From Candidatus Versatilivorator sp. (GTDB taxonomy: Bacteria > Acidobacteriota > Terriglobia > Versatilivoradales > Versatilivoraceae), in contig OZ242296.1 of NCBI GenBank assembly GCA_965207735.1, positions 64,001 to 128,000 on the forward strand: a stretch of 64,000 bases of DNA, in the 5' to 3' direction. Both the position numbers and the translations under genes were made by a program. The notes beneath the pieces are model-generated. The model saw only the letters and a list, made by a program, of their open reading frames with translations. It did no database searches and was not told the DNA's origin. This document shows positions 28,750 through 39,924 of the stretch, one piece after another (position 1 is the first letter of the stretch; the number at the start of each line of letters is the position of its first letter).

Positions 28750-30060
28750 GTGATTGAGCGTTACACCCGTCCCCGCATGGGGCAGATCTGGTCTCCGGAA
28801 AACAAGTTTCGGAAATGGTTGGAAGTGGAGCTGGCCTGTGTGGACGTCCTGGCTGAGCGGGGTGTAATACCCGGCGATGCGGCTGGAGTCATTCGGGAGA
28901 AGGCCGACTTCGACGTGGCCCGGATCGATGAGATCGAGCGCGAGGTCAAGCATGACGTGGTGGCCTTTACCACCTCGGTGGCCGAGCATGTGGGACCTGA
29001 GTCCCGCTACGTCCACTACGGCCTGACCTCCTCCGACGTGGTGGATACGGCCCTGGCTCTGCAGCTCAAGGAAGCTTCGCAGATTCTCACCGAAGGGCTG
29101 GCCGGGTTCCTGAAGGTGCTGGAGAGCCGAGCCCATGAGTTCAAGAGAACGGTCATGGTGGGGCGGACTCACGGGATTCATGCCGAACCCACTACGCTGG
29201 GCCTCAAGCTGGCCGTGTGGTACGAGGAAGCGCGCCGCAACCAGAGGCGGCTCGAGACCGCGGCCGAATGCGTTCGCGTGGGCAAGTTGTCCGGAGCCGT
29301 TGGGACTTTTGCCCACCTCGATCCCACGGTGGAGGAATCGGTTTGCCGCATCCTGGGACTGCAGCCCGACCCGGTCTCGACCCAGATCGTGCAACGTGAC
29401 CGCCATGCCGAATACCTGTCGGCGCTGGCCCTGATTGCGGCCAGCCTGGAGAAGATCGCCACCGAGGTCCGCGGGCTGCAGCGCACTGAGGTTCGTGAGG
29501 TCGAGGAGTACTTCTCGGCCGGGCAGAAGGGCTCTTCGGCCATGCCGCACAAGAGGAACCCCGTGACCAGCGAACAGATCTCCGGCCTGGCCCGGGTGGT
29601 GCGCTCCAATCTGCTGGCCGGCCTGGAAAATATCACGCTGTGGCACGAGCGGGATATTTCCCACTCTTCGGTGGAGCGTGTGATTCTGCCGGACTCGACC
29701 ATTCTGGTCGACTATCTGCTGGCCAAGACCACGCGACTGCTGGAAAGACTGCTGGTCTACCCGGAGCGGATGCTGGAGAATCTGAACTTGATGAAGGGGC
29801 TGGTCTTTTCCGGCCAGATTCTTCTCGATCTGACTCGAAAAGGGGTCAGCCGGGAGAAGGCCTATCGGTGGGTGCAGCGAAACGCCATGCGCGTTTGGTC
29901 GGACGGGACGGACTTCAAGAGCCTGGTGCTGCAGGACGAAGAGATCCTGAAACATCTGTCCCGTTCCGAAATCGAAACCAGCTTCGATCTGGAACACCAG
30001 TTGCGGCACCTGGACGCCGTTTTCGAGCGCGTGTTCGGTGGGAAGTCGGCTCTGAAGTGA
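28750..30060 (+). CDS. purB: Adenylosuccinate lyase
   Basis: MIERY, GRTHGIHAEP, GSSAMPHKRNP. Confidence 0.97.
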   Translation: MIERYTRPRMGQIWSPENKFRKWLEVELACVDVLAERGVIPGDAAGVIREKADFDVARIDEIEREVKHDVVAFTTSVAEHVGPESRYVHYGLTSSDVVDTALALQLKEASQILTEGLAGFLKVLESRAHEFKRTVMVGRTHGIHAEPTTLGLKLAVWYEEARRNQRRLETAAECVRVGKLSGAVGTFAHLDPTVEESVCRILGLQPDPVSTQIVQRDRHAEYLSALALIAASLEKIATEVRGLQRTEVREVEEYFSAGQKGSSAMPHKRNPVTSEQISGLARVVRSNLLAGLENITLWHERDISHSSVERVILPDSTILVDYLLAKTTRLLERLLVYPERMLENLNLMKGLVFSGQILLDLTRKGVSREKAYRWVQRNAMRVWSDGTDFKSLVLQDEEILKHLSRSEIETSFDLEHQLRHLDAVFERVFGGKSALK

Positions 30061-30065
30061 GGTTG

Positions 30066-30218
30066 TGCCTGAGACCGACAAACCAGAAAAAGAGATATCC
30101 ACGAAGGCCCACGAAGGACTAAAAAGGGACACGAAGAGACAGATTAATGAATTGTTGATTGTGGGGGACCACTGATTGTGACTCAAATCCGAAATCTACA
30201 ATCCGAAATCTACAATCC
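30066..30218. repeat. Composite intergenic repeats: a CCACGAAG unit plus a TTGATTG/CTACAATC-armed element
   Basis: CCACGAAGGCCCACGAAGG as at 41617 and 43291; ATGAATTGTTGATTG...CTACAATC as at 39685-39777. Confidence 0.65.
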
Positions 30219-30250
30219 TATACAGCATGTTCACAGCGACCCGGTGAGAT

Positions 30251-30493
30251 ATGCGGGCTAAGGTATTTGTCAGCCTCAAGAAAAGCGTTCTGGATCCCCA
30301 GGGCAAGACCATTCACCATAGTCTGCAGAACATCGGTTTTGGAAAGATAACCGAGGTCCGCCAGGGGAAGTTCTTCGAAATCGACTTTGACTCCGAGTTG
30401 ACTCGGAAGGAAGTTCAAGCCGAGGTCGAAAAAATCGCCAGGGACGTACTGACCAACCCGGTCATCGAGGAATTCAGCTACCGGATCGAGTAG
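30251..30493 (+). CDS. purS: FGAM synthase subunit PurS
   Basis: VLDPQG, VRQGK, LTNPVIE. Confidence 0.96.
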   Translation: MRAKVFVSLKKSVLDPQGKTIHHSLQNIGFGKITEVRQGKFFEIDFDSELTRKEVQAEVEKIARDVLTNPVIEEFSYRIE

Positions 30494-30573
30494 GTGGAGC
30501 CAGGACTGAGGAAGGCGGTTGTTGGGAAAGTATGCTTTCTGCCTTCCGTCCGGATTCCAGGAGACGGTTGAAG

Positions 30574-31269
30574 ATGAAATTCGGGGTGCTGATATTTCCG
30601 GGCAGCAATTGCGAGCACGATGCCTACCACGCCGTTCGCAAGGTGCTGCGCCAGCCGGCGGAGTTCATCTGGCACCAGTCGACCGACCTCAGGGATTGCC
30701 AGGCCATCATCGTTCCCGGGGGATTCTCCTACGGGGATTACCTGCGCACCGGGGCCATCGCCCGGTTCTCTCCGGTGATGGGAGCGGTGCGGCGATTCGC
30801 CGACCGGGGTGGATTGGTTCTGGGTATCTGCAACGGCTTCCAGATTCTGCTGGAAACCGGATTGCTGCCGGGAGCCATGCTGAGGAACCGCGGGTTGAAG
30901 TATGTGTGCCGGCAGGTCTCGATTCGGGTTGAGAACGCCGGCATTCCCTTTACGGGCCTGGCCACGGAGGGCGATGTCTGGACCATCCCCATAGGACACA
31001 TGGAAGGCAACTACACCCTTGACGCCGAAGCTCTCCGGAGCCTGGAGCGCAACCGGCAGGTGGTCTTCCGTTACTGTGCGCCGGACGGTGAGATTTCCGC
31101 CGACGCCAATCCCAACGGTTCGGTGGCCAATGTGGCCGGGATCTGCAATGCCCGCGGGAACGTGCTGGGCATGATGCCCCACCCGGAAAGAGCCAGCGAG
31201 CCGCTGCTGGGCAGCGAGGACGGGGTGCGCCTATTTCAGTCCATGATTCGGTCCCGATCCCAGGTCTGA
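30574..31269 (+). CDS. purQ: FGAM synthase glutaminase subunit
   Basis: [29 protein letters not shown]. Confidence 0.96.
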   Translation: MKFGVLIFPGSNCEHDAYHAVRKVLRQPAEFIWHQSTDLRDCQAIIVPGGFSYGDYLRTGAIARFSPVMGAVRRFADRGGLVLGICNGFQILLETGLLPGAMLRNRGLKYVCRQVSIRVENAGIPFTGLATEGDVWTIPIGHMEGNYTLDAEALRSLERNRQVVFRYCAPDGEISADANPNGSVANVAGICNARGNVLGMMPHPERASEPLLGSEDGVRLFQSMIRSRSQV

Positions 31270-31270
31270 C

Positions 31271-33550
31271 ATGCAAGCCAATCTGTCTATGACGGCTGAA
31301 GTGCTGGAACAGCACAACCTGACCCAAGCCGAATACGATCGCATCCTGTCGATCCTGGGCCGGTCCCCCAACCTGACGGAACTGGGGATCTTCAGCGTCA
31401 TGTGGAGTGAGCACTGCAGTTACAAGAGTTCCAAGCTCCATTTGAAGCGGTTGCCCACTCGGGGCCCCCAGGTGCTGCAGGGACCCGGTGAGAACGCCGG
31501 GATCATCGATATCGGGGACGGCTACGCGGTGGCCTTCAAGATAGAGTCCCACAACCATCCCAGCTTCGTAGAGCCCTACCAGGGAGCGGCTACCGGTGTC
31601 GGGGGGATTCTGCGGGATATCTTTACCATGGGCGCCCGTCCCATCGCCGCCATGAACTCTCTGCGCTTCGGGCCGCCCGATCAGTCCCGGAACCGGCAAG
31701 TCATGGAGGGCGTGGTGGCGGGGATTGCCGGTTACGGGAACTGTTTCGGGGTACCGACCGTGGGCGGGGAAGTGGTGTTTGGGGAATGCTACTCCCAGAA
31801 CCCTCTGGTGAATGCCTTCGCGCTGGGCCTGTTCAGAAAGGACCGGATCTTTTACGGGAAAGCCGCGGGAATCGGGAATCCGGTGATCTATGTCGGCGCC
31901 AAGACCGGCAGAGACGGCATCCACGGGGCCACCATGGCTTCGGCCGAGTTCGACGAGGCCTCGGAGAGCAAGCGCCCAAACGTGCAGGTCGGCGACCCCT
32001 TTCTGGAGAAACTCTTACTGGAAGCCTGTCTGGAGTCCATGAAGACGGGCGCCGTTGTGGGCATCCAGGACATGGGGGCCGCCGGACTCACCTGTTCCAC
32101 CTGTGAGATGGGTGGACGGGCGGACACGGGGATCGAGATCGATCTGGCAAAGGTGCCTAAACGCGAGGAGGGCATGACTCCTTACGAAATCATGTTGAGC
32201 GAATCTCAGGAACGGATGCTTCTGGTGGCTGAACGGGGAAGGGAAGAGGAGATATTCCGGATTTTCCGAAAATGGGAGATCGATGCCGTTGCTATCGGAG
32301 AAGTCACCGGGGACGGGATGCTCCGAATCCTGGACCGGGAAGACAAAGTGGCCGAGATACCCAACCGGGCCCTGACCGATGAGGCTCCCCTTTATCGCCG
32401 ACCGGTAGCCGCCCCCGCACCGACCTCTCCGGCGCCGGCGCCACCCGGGTCCCTGTCCATGGATTGGGGCAAGCTTCTGGAATGCTTTCTGGCTTCCCCC
32501 AACCTGAGTTCGCGGGAGTGGGTCTATCGCCAATACGACCACATGGTGAGGACCAATACGGTTCAGTTTCCCGGAGCCGATGCGGCGGTGGTTCGAGTCA
32601 AGAACACTCGGAAGGCCCTGGCCATGAGCCTGGATGGCAACGGTCGCTATTGCCGTCAGGATCCTCGGGTGGGAGCCCAGTTGGCGGTGGCCGAGAGCTG
32701 CCGCAACCTGGTCTGTGCCGGAGCCCGTCCCCTGGCGGCCACCAACTGCCTGAATATGGGCAATCCGGAAAAACCCGAAATCATGTGGCAAATGACCCAG
32801 GTGGTGGAAGGGATTGCCGATGCCTGCCGCGCCCTGGGGACGCCCATCACCGGCGGAAACGTCAGCCTCTACAACGAGACGCTGGGGGAGGGCATCGACC
32901 CCACTCCCGTCATTGGAATGGTGGGCTTGATCGAACCGCTTTCTCGCCTCCGGGGTTCCTGGTTTGTCCGGGAGGGCCATCGGGTCATATTGTTGGGGCC
33001 GCTGGTGGGGTGTCCGACGGGCTATTCGAGCGCTGTCCGCCACAACCTGGCGAAGTTGCATCCGTTGCAGGAGAGGGGTGCGGACGTCTATACCCGCTGG
33101 GTCAGTCGGCTTCCCTGTCCGCCCTTGGACCTGGACCTGGAGGTTCGTGTGCAGAGGGCTTGCCGGAAGGGCATCGAGAGCGGCCTGATTCTTTCCGCTC
33201 ACGACTGTTCGGATGGAGGGTTGGCCGTAGCCTTGGCGGAGATGGGCTTTTGCCGCGATGGCGCAGGGACTCTGGGGGCGGAGATTCTTTTGCCCCGGTC
33301 CGAGGAGGTGGGAGAGGTGTTGTTTGCGGAATATCCCTCCCGGATTCTGGTGACGGTCGCGGAGGAAAATCTGGCGGCCCTGGAGAAGATGGCGGCGATT
33401 CAAGGTGTGCCGGTGACTTTTCTGGGACAGGTGGTCCCCGAAGTATTGAGCGTGCGTAGTCCCGATTCGGTTGTGCTCGAAAGATCGATAGTCTCCCTGG
33501 AGGAGACCTGGAGAAATTGTCTGGGAGGATTGTTCGCCGATCCATTATAA
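31271..33550 (+). CDS. purL: FGAM synthase subunit PurL
   Basis: [46 protein letters not shown]. Confidence 0.97.
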   Translation: MQANLSMTAEVLEQHNLTQAEYDRILSILGRSPNLTELGIFSVMWSEHCSYKSSKLHLKRLPTRGPQVLQGPGENAGIIDIGDGYAVAFKIESHNHPSFVEPYQGAATGVGGILRDIFTMGARPIAAMNSLRFGPPDQSRNRQVMEGVVAGIAGYGNCFGVPTVGGEVVFGECYSQNPLVNAFALGLFRKDRIFYGKAAGIGNPVIYVGAKTGRDGIHGATMASAEFDEASESKRPNVQVGDPFLEKLLLEACLESMKTGAVVGIQDMGAAGLTCSTCEMGGRADTGIEIDLAKVPKREEGMTPYEIMLSESQERMLLVAERGREEEIFRIFRKWEIDAVAIGEVTGDGMLRILDREDKVAEIPNRALTDEAPLYRRPVAAPAPTSPAPAPPGSLSMDWGKLLECFLASPNLSSREWVYRQYDHMVRTNTVQFPGADAAVVRVKNTRKALAMSLDGNGRYCRQDPRVGAQLAVAESCRNLVCAGARPLAATNCLNMGNPEKPEIMWQMTQVVEGIADACRALGTPITGGNVSLYNETLGEGIDPTPVIGMVGLIEPLSRLRGSWFVREGHRVILLGPLVGCPTGYSSAVRHNLAKLHPLQERGADVYTRWVSRLPCPPLDLDLEVRVQRACRKGIESGLILSAHDCSDGGLAVALAEMGFCRDGAGTLGAEILLPRSEEVGEVLFAEYPSRILVTVAEENLAALEKMAAIQGVPVTFLGQVVPEVLSVRSPDSVVLERSIVSLEETWRNCLGGLFADPL

Positions 33551-33643
33551 TTTTCTATTCACGCCGCCCGTCATCCCTGTTGCCAATCTCTCCAATAGCC
33601 TCAGGCTGCGGTCCGGACAAAACTAAGGTGTCCCGGGGAACCG

Positions 33644-35035
33644 ATGTTCGACAAGTTTCGGGAAGAGTGCGGAGTCTTTGGGGTAATTGGCCATCGTGAG
33701 GCGTCCCGGATCACCTATCTGGGTCTGTACGCCCTTCAGCATCGGGGCCAGGAGAGCGCGGGAATTGTCTCGACCGATGGCAACGAACTCCACAGCGAGA
33801 CGGGGATGGGCCATGTGGCCGACATCTTTACCCAGTCTCGCCTGGAGAATCTGAAGGGGGAGGCGGCCGTCGGCCATACCCGCTACTCGACGGCGGGTGA
33901 GAGCGCCGCCAAGAACGCCCAGCCCCTGGTTGTTTCCTGCAGCCAGGGCGACTTGGCGCTCTGTCATAATGGGAACCTGATCAATGCCTTGCAGGTGAGG
34001 CGCCAGCTCGAGAAGTCCGGCTCGATCTTTCGGTCCACCAGCGATAGCGAGGTCATTCTTCACCTCATTGCCCGGTCCCGCGAGGGAACCATCGAGGGCG
34101 CAATTCAGGAAGCCCTGTCGCAATTGACAGGGGCCTACTCACTGGTTTTCCTGACCCACGAAAAAGTCATTGCCGTTCGGGATCCGCGGGGGTTTCGCCC
34201 CCTTAGCCTGGGTTGGTTGGAGGGCTCTCCGGTGCTGGCTTCGGAGACCTGCGCCTTTGACCTCATCGACGCCCGCTTTGACCGGGAAGTCGCTCCCGGG
34301 GAAATGCTGACGCTTTTCAAGGGCGGGACCCGGTCACGCCAGATCTCGCCGCCGCTGCCTCCCTCCTTTTGCGTCTTCGAGCACGTATACTTTTCCAGGC
34401 CTGACAGCCACATTTTTGGCCGGTCCGTTTACGAGAGCCGTCAGCTCCTGGGTCGGGCCCTGGCACAGGAGCAGCCGGTCGAGGCCGACATCGTGGTGCC
34501 GGTTCCGGATTCGGGGGTGGCCGCGGCCATCGGCTTCTCCCACGAATCGGGGATCCAGTTCGAGTTCGGGCTGATCCGCAACCACTATGTCGGCAGGACC
34601 TTCATCGAGCCCAAGCAGTCCATTCGCCATTTCGGGGTCAAGATCAAGTTGAATCCGGTGTCGGAGTTGATCCGGGGGAAACGAGTGGTGCTGGTGGACG
34701 ACTCCATCGTGAGGGGAACCACCAGCCGAAAGATCGTCAAGATGGTCCGGGACGCCGGCGCCGTGGAAGTCCATGTACGGATCAGTTGCCCACCCACAAT
34801 CTCCCCGTGTTTTTACGGGGTGGACACGCCTACCAAGCGGGAGTTGATTGCCTCCAGCCATTCGGTCGACGAAATTCGAAAGTATATCGAGGCCGACACC
34901 TTGGGATATTTGAGCCACCAGGGCATGCTCCGCGCCTGTGGCGTGGAGGAGGGCCAAGGCCATTTCTGCTCGGCCTGCTATACCGGCGACTATCCGGTGC
35001 CTTTTCCTGAGATGTCTGCGGTCGAGACTGTCTGA
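33644..35035 (+). CDS. purF: Amidophosphoribosyltransferase
   Basis: EECGVFG, QHRGQE, VDDSIVRGTT. Confidence 0.97.
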   Translation: MFDKFREECGVFGVIGHREASRITYLGLYALQHRGQESAGIVSTDGNELHSETGMGHVADIFTQSRLENLKGEAAVGHTRYSTAGESAAKNAQPLVVSCSQGDLALCHNGNLINALQVRRQLEKSGSIFRSTSDSEVILHLIARSREGTIEGAIQEALSQLTGAYSLVFLTHEKVIAVRDPRGFRPLSLGWLEGSPVLASETCAFDLIDARFDREVAPGEMLTLFKGGTRSRQISPPLPPSFCVFEHVYFSRPDSHIFGRSVYESRQLLGRALAQEQPVEADIVVPVPDSGVAAAIGFSHESGIQFEFGLIRNHYVGRTFIEPKQSIRHFGVKIKLNPVSELIRGKRVVLVDDSIVRGTTSRKIVKMVRDAGAVEVHVRISCPPTISPCFYGVDTPTKRELIASSHSVDEIRKYIEADTLGYLSHQGMLRACGVEEGQGHFCSACYTGDYPVPFPEMSAVETV

Positions 35036-35108
35036 ACCGGTCCAAGTAAAAAAGTTGTTGCCACCGGATGCCGCGCCTCGTCCTGGTGAGCCGAGCCTTT
35101 GTGAGCCC

Positions 35109-36152
35109 ATGACTGCCAAGACCGTCTTTGCCTACCGGGACGCCGGCGTGGATATCGACCGGGCCGATGCCGCCAAGAAACGCATCAAGGCGCTGGCCCG
35201 CCAGACCTTTACACCGGAAGTGGTCAGCGAGATCGGCACCTTCGGCGGACTCTTTCGTCTCGAGAGGCAGCCGACGGCTCGGCCCATTCTGGTATCCAGC
35301 GTGGATGGTGTCGGGACCAAGCTCAAGATCGCCTTTGCCACCGGAGTCCATCACACCGTAGGCAGGGATCTGGTGGCCCATTGTGTCAACGACATCCTGG
35401 TGCAGGGAGCCTTTCCTCTCTTTTTCATGGACTACATCGCGACCCATCGGATGGAGCCGGAGGTCATCGCCAGGGTCGTGGAGGGCATAGCCGCCGGTTG
35501 CCGGGAGGCGGGATGCGCTCTACTGGGAGGAGAGACGGCCGAGATGCCGGGGTTCTATTCCGAAGGAGAGTACGATCTGGCCGGTTTCATCGTGGGACTG
35601 GTCGATCAGTCGCAACTGCTTGACGGACGACGCATCCGGCCGGGAGACGCCATCCTGGCACTGGCATCCACGGGGTTGCACACCAACGGTTACTCCCTGG
35701 CCCGCAAGTTGTTGTTCGAAGTGGGCGGTTATGAGGTTGGCACCAGGCTTCCCCGGTTGCCGCTCCCCTTGGGAGAGGCACTGCTGCAGCCTCACCGGAA
35801 TTATCTGTCCCTGCTGAAGCCACTGCTGGAGCGGGGTTGGCTCAACGGCTTGGCTCACATCACCGGAGGGGGACTGACCGACAATCTGCCCCGCATTCTC
35901 CCCGGTGGCTGTTCGGCTCACATTCAACTGAACTCCTGGCCCGAGCCGTCCATCTTCGGCGTTCTGCGGGAACTGGGACGGATCGATGAGGCCGAGATGC
36001 TGCGTACCTTCAATATGGGTATCGGCATGGCGCTGGTCGTATCGCCGGGCGAAGTGGCCAAAGTGGAAGAACATCTTGCCCGGAGCCGGGAATCCCTCTA
36101 CCGGATCGGCGAGATCCGTTCGGGGAAGCGACGGGTCTACTATAGGCGCTAG
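35109..36152 (+). CDS. purM: AIR synthase
   Basis: YRDAGVDI, DGVGTK, GGETAEMPG, HITGGG, TFNMG. Confidence 0.97.
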   Translation: MTAKTVFAYRDAGVDIDRADAAKKRIKALARQTFTPEVVSEIGTFGGLFRLERQPTARPILVSSVDGVGTKLKIAFATGVHHTVGRDLVAHCVNDILVQGAFPLFFMDYIATHRMEPEVIARVVEGIAAGCREAGCALLGGETAEMPGFYSEGEYDLAGFIVGLVDQSQLLDGRRIRPGDAILALASTGLHTNGYSLARKLLFEVGGYEVGTRLPRLPLPLGEALLQPHRNYLSLLKPLLERGWLNGLAHITGGGLTDNLPRILPGGCSAHIQLNSWPEPSIFGVLRELGRIDEAEMLRTFNMGIGMALVVSPGEVAKVEEHLARSRESLYRIGEIRSGKRRVYYRR

Positions 36153-36215
36153 CTTCAGGGAAGGTTCGCGGTGTCCCTTGCCGGGATCCGGGCCTTCAGG
36201 ATGAGTGTGCATCGG

Positions 36216-36818
36216 ATGAAACGTCTCGCGATCCTGCTGTCCGGACGCGGCTCCAACTTCGAGGCCATCGCCGACAGCATCCAGCAGGGTCGCTTGCCGG
36301 CCCGCATCGAAGTGGTGGTCAGCAACCTGGCCTCGGCATCCGGACTGGAAAAGGCGCGGCGGCGGGGGTTGAAAACGCTGATTCTCCCCTCCCGGGGTGT
36401 GGCACGAGAAGACTATGACCGGAGCCTGGTCTACGAGTTGAAGCGGCACCGGGTGGATCTGGTCTGCTTGGCCGGGTTCATGCGGATCCTCAGTCCCCGC
36501 TTCGTCCGGTCCTTTCCCAACCGAATCCTGAATATCCATCCCTCCCTGCTTCCGGCCTTTCCAGGACTGCATCCGCAGCGTCAGGCGCTGGAATACGGCG
36601 TCCGGTTTTCGGGCTGCACCGTCCACTTTGTGGATGAAGGGGTGGATTCCGGCCCCATTCTACTGCAGGCTGTGGTGCCTGTGCTGGAGAGCGATGATGA
36701 AGAGTCGCTGGCCGCGAGGATCCTGGCGGAAGAGCATCGGCTCTATCCCCAGGTGATCGGGATGCTGGTCCGGAATGAATTGCGCCTGGTAGGTCGACGG
36801 GTGGTCCGCAGGTCCTGA
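36216..36818 (+). CDS. purN: Phosphoribosylglycinamide formyltransferase
   Basis: SGRGSN, LAGFMRIL, NIHPSLLP, DSGPI; exact start uncertain. Confidence 0.96.
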   Translation: MKRLAILLSGRGSNFEAIADSIQQGRLPARIEVVVSNLASASGLEKARRRGLKTLILPSRGVAREDYDRSLVYELKRHRVDLVCLAGFMRILSPRFVRSFPNRILNIHPSLLPAFPGLHPQRQALEYGVRFSGCTVHFVDEGVDSGPILLQAVVPVLESDDEESLAARILAEEHRLYPQVIGMLVRNELRLVGRRVVRRS

Positions 36819-36876
36819 CTGTCGGATCGCGGAGCGCTGTTCAGATCGAGGGTTTTTCCTCTTGAGTTCGTCAAGT

Positions 36877-36906
36877 AATCCTGTTCATCCTGTCCATCCA
36901 TGTTAA
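36877..36906. repeat. Solo ATCCTGT-type arm (same family as 4571-4792)
   Basis: AATCCTGTTCATCCTGTCCATCCATGTTAA. Confidence 0.7.
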
Positions 36907-36999
36907 TTGACCACGATACCCATGCTTGACTTTGAAGCGGTTTCCCGCCATCCGGCGCAGGGCGTTGTTTCAGGCGTTAGAGAGGGTACGGCTTGAATC

Positions 37000-38217
37000 G
37001 TGACTGTTGAGGAACAACTGAGCTTCCTGCGGCAGGGAGTCGCCGAGCTGATTCGACCGGAAGACCTTCAAGACCGGTTGGCACGCTCGGCTCAAACCGG
37101 AAGGCCCTTGCGGATCAAGGCGGGTTTCGATCCCACGGCGCCGGACCTGCACTTGGGCCACACGGTCATGTTGCGCAGCATGAGGCGTTTTCAGGACCTG
37201 GGCCACACGGTCATCTTCCTGATCGGCGACTTTACCGGCTTGATCGGGGACCCCTCCGGCCGCAGCGCCACCCGCAAGCCCTTGACCCGGGAGGAGGTGG
37301 CGGAAAATGCCGAGACCTACAAGCAGCAGGTGTTCAAGGTCCTGGATCCGGAAAAGACCGTCATCGACTTCAATAGCCGTTGGATGACGCCCTTCGGCAG
37401 CGAGCAGTTCCTCGGGTTGGCCTCCCGCTACACCGTGGCCCGCATGCTGGAGCGAGACGACTTCAGCAAGCGGTTGAAGAGGTCGCAGCCGGTCGCGATT
37501 CACGAGCTCCTCTATCCCCTGATTCAAGGGTATGACTCGGTGGTGTTGCGGGCCGACGTGGAAATGGGCGGCACCGATCAGAAGTTCAATCTGCTGGTGG
37601 GCCGGGAGCTTCAGAGGGAATATGGACAGGCCCCCCAGGTGCTGGTGATGCTGCCGTTGCTGGAGGGCTTGGACGGCGTGCAGAAGATGTCGAAGTCCTT
37701 GGGAAACACCATCGGGATCCAGGAACCGGCCTCGGAGATTTTCGGGAAGGTCATGTCGATCTCGGATGACCTCATGTATCGCTACTACGAACTCTGCACC
37801 GATCTGAGCTCGACGGGGGTCGACCGAATTCGAAACCAGGTGGCTCAAGGCAGCCTGCATCCCAAGGCTGCCAAGGTGAACCTGGCCAAGAGGATCGTGC
37901 GGGAGTTTCATTCGCACCAGGCCGCCGACCGGGCCGAGGAGGAGTTCCATCGCATCCATTCCCGGCGGCTGCTGCCGGATCGGATGGAGGAAAAAAGGCT
38001 GCCGGTCTCTCAGGAGCGGCTGCGGCTTTCGAAATTGATGGTGCGGGTGGGTCTGGCCGCCTCGGTGGGCCAGGCCGTACGCCTGATCGCCCAGGACGCG
38101 GTATCCCTGAACCAGGAGAAGGTCACCGATGTGAAGGCGGAGATGGATTGTTCCCGACCGTCCTCCTCGGTCTTGAAGGTAGGCAAACGGGGATTTGTGA
38201 AGGTGATCGTGGAGTGA
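37000..38217 (+). CDS. tyrS: Tyrosine--tRNA ligase
   Basis: [24 protein letters not shown]-terminal S4 domain. Confidence 0.97.
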   Translation: MTVEEQLSFLRQGVAELIRPEDLQDRLARSAQTGRPLRIKAGFDPTAPDLHLGHTVMLRSMRRFQDLGHTVIFLIGDFTGLIGDPSGRSATRKPLTREEVAENAETYKQQVFKVLDPEKTVIDFNSRWMTPFGSEQFLGLASRYTVARMLERDDFSKRLKRSQPVAIHELLYPLIQGYDSVVLRADVEMGGTDQKFNLLVGRELQREYGQAPQVLVMLPLLEGLDGVQKMSKSLGNTIGIQEPASEIFGKVMSISDDLMYRYYELCTDLSSTGVDRIRNQVAQGSLHPKAAKVNLAKRIVREFHSHQAADRAEEEFHRIHSRRLLPDRMEEKRLPVSQERLRLSKLMVRVGLAASVGQAVRLIAQDAVSLNQEKVTDVKAEMDCSRPSSSVLKVGKRGFVKVIVE

Positions 38218-38266
38218 GCGTCCGGGGAGGGGGAACTCGGGGAATCAGCCTCATCGTGTTCATTGG

Positions 38267-38295
38267 TTGACAGGGAACATTCGTTAAAGTAGCCT
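38267..38295 (+). promoter_or_regulatory. Probable sigma70 promoter
   Basis: TTGACA, 17 nt, TAGCCT upstream of the gene at 38348. Confidence 0.5.
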
Positions 38296-38347
38296 TACTT
38301 CCAGTAGTCCCCAAATGAATGACATTTCTTGGGAAGCGGGAGGAACT

Positions 38348-38668
38348 ATGAGAAACGCAGTCCTGATTTTCTTGCTGGCGGTTGCCGTGGCCGGCGGGCA
38401 ATTCATGGCGGGTGAGACCTTGACCGGACACGTCTCCGATGCCAAGTGCGGCGCCGCCCACGCCGACCATTCCGAAAAGTCGATCGGTTGTGTAAAGGGG
38501 TGTGTGAGTGGCGGTCAGGCACCCGTCTTCGTCACGGGAGACAAGAAGGTCCTCAAGATCGCCAATGCCGACAAGGTGATGGGTCATCTCGGCCACAAGG
38601 TCGAGGTCACCGGCAAGGTGATGGACGGGACCCTGACCATCAAGTCGGTCAAGCACCTGGCTCCTTAA
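38348..38668 (+). CDS. Small exported Cys/His protein (OB-fold-like), function unknown
   Basis: GGAGG RBS, signal peptide, GHVSDAKCGAAH, CVKGC, GHKVEVTG. Confidence 0.75.
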   Translation: MRNAVLIFLLAVAVAGGQFMAGETLTGHVSDAKCGAAHADHSEKSIGCVKGCVSGGQAPVFVTGDKKVLKIANADKVMGHLGHKVEVTGKVMDGTLTIKSVKHLAP

Positions 38669-38692
38669 GGGTTGCACCCGATGGCAATCTTC

Positions 38693-38726
38693 CGGGGCAG
38701 GCATTCCAGCCTGCCCCGTTTCGTTT
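38693..38726 (+). terminator. Intrinsic terminator
   Basis: CGGGGCAGGC-ATTCCA-GCCTGCCCCG followed by TTTCGTTT. Confidence 0.7.
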
Positions 38727-38882
38727 CCGCAGGTCACTAGCCCCTGTTGCACCGAGAGGGTACGAAGGGGGCGCAGTCTCCTCCAAGCCGGTCCCTCGAT
38801 CGCCCTGGCCTATATTGTGGAAGTGCATCCGCCGACTCCGAGAATCGGAACCGAGGCGCTGCCCTTGTGCCATAATGGTTTC

Positions 38883-39275
38883 ATGATCAAGATTCTCGCC
38901 CTATTCCTCCTCCTTCCTCTGATCGAACTGGCCCTCCTGATCGAGATAGGCAGCCACATTGGCACCCTGGCCACCGTGGCGCTGATTCTCGCCACCGGGG
39001 CGCTGGGAGCCTTTCTGGCTCGCAGCCAGGGGCTGGAAGTGCTACGCCGATTGCAGGCGGACACGGTGGCCGGAAGGCTCCCGGCGGCCCCGTTGGTCGA
39101 CGGGGTGATTATCCTGCTGGCAGGCGCCGTCCTGCTGACTCCCGGCGTCCTGACCGACATCCTGGGCTTTTTGTGCCTGGTCCCTGCGTTTCGGCAATTC
39201 CTGAAAGCAATGCTCTGGCGAAAGTTGAGACACTGGGTGGAGCAGAATCGGGTTCAGGTCTCAGTCAACCTCTAG
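38883..39275 (+). CDS. fxsA: FxsA family membrane protein
   Basis: PLIELALLI, RSQG, LLTPGVLTDILG. Confidence 0.9.
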   Translation: MIKILALFLLLPLIELALLIEIGSHIGTLATVALILATGALGAFLARSQGLEVLRRLQADTVAGRLPAAPLVDGVIILLAGAVLLTPGVLTDILGFLCLVPAFRQFLKAMLWRKLRHWVEQNRVQVSVNL

Positions 39276-39297
39276 CCCTGATCGGGCGCGACAGGCC

Positions 39298-39657
39298 ATG
39301 CAATCATCCGGGGCTTCAACCGATCTGGTCGTCGACAGCCACACGGGCCTGACCTGGAGCCGGCAAGACAACGGAAGGCGTCTCAGCTGGCACGATGCCG
39401 CCCGCCGCGCCCAGAGTCTGGATTTGGGTGGCCATCGCGATTGGCGCTTGCCGACACTGGAGGAACTCCATGGGTTGTGGGATCCGCCCCGCCGCACCAT
39501 TCGTAAGCCCTTCGAATTGTCCGGAGCCTGGGTGTGGAGCGCCACTCGTGCCGGAGCCGACCACGCCTGGTGTTTCTACTTCGCCATCGGGATGCGGATG
39601 CGCTATCCGCTCAATGTGTCCTATGATTTGAGGGCCCTGTTTGTGAGAGACCCCTAG
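39298..39657 (+). CDS. DUF1566 (Lcl) domain protein
   Basis: DSHTGLTW, LSWHDA, GGHRDWRLPTLEEL, WSAT. Confidence 0.8.
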   Translation: MQSSGASTDLVVDSHTGLTWSRQDNGRRLSWHDAARRAQSLDLGGHRDWRLPTLEELHGLWDPPRRTIRKPFELSGAWVWSATRAGADHAWCFYFAIGMRMRYPLNVSYDLRALFVRDP

Positions 39658-39684
39658 CGAGGCTGTGTCTCATGTCAACAAAAC

Positions 39685-39777
39685 ATGAATTGTTGATTGC
39701 TGATTGCTGATTGTTGATTGAGTGGTTAGGACCATCGATTGTGCCGTCAATCCATCTGAAGTCCACAATCTACAATC
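39685..39777. repeat. TTGATTG/CAATC heptamer-armed element
   Basis: ATGAATTGTTGATTGCTGATTGCTGATTGTTGATTG...CACAATCTACAATC; related to 30147-30218. Confidence 0.65.
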
Positions 39778-39924
39778 AGGGATTCACGGTCCGCAAATTG
39801 GACAATCCTGTCAACGTTGTATCACAGCGAGAGAATTAGACGGGATTTTCCACCGGGTTCCCGATTTGCCGGGACGGCGGCTTGAGCCGGCTTGTCGGGG
39901 TTCGGTGGCAGGTAAGGAGATAAT

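Noticed and set aside
36820-37000. T-box upstream of tyrS or purine riboswitch before the pur genes
   Set aside because: No recognisable motifs; the gaps hold repeat arms instead
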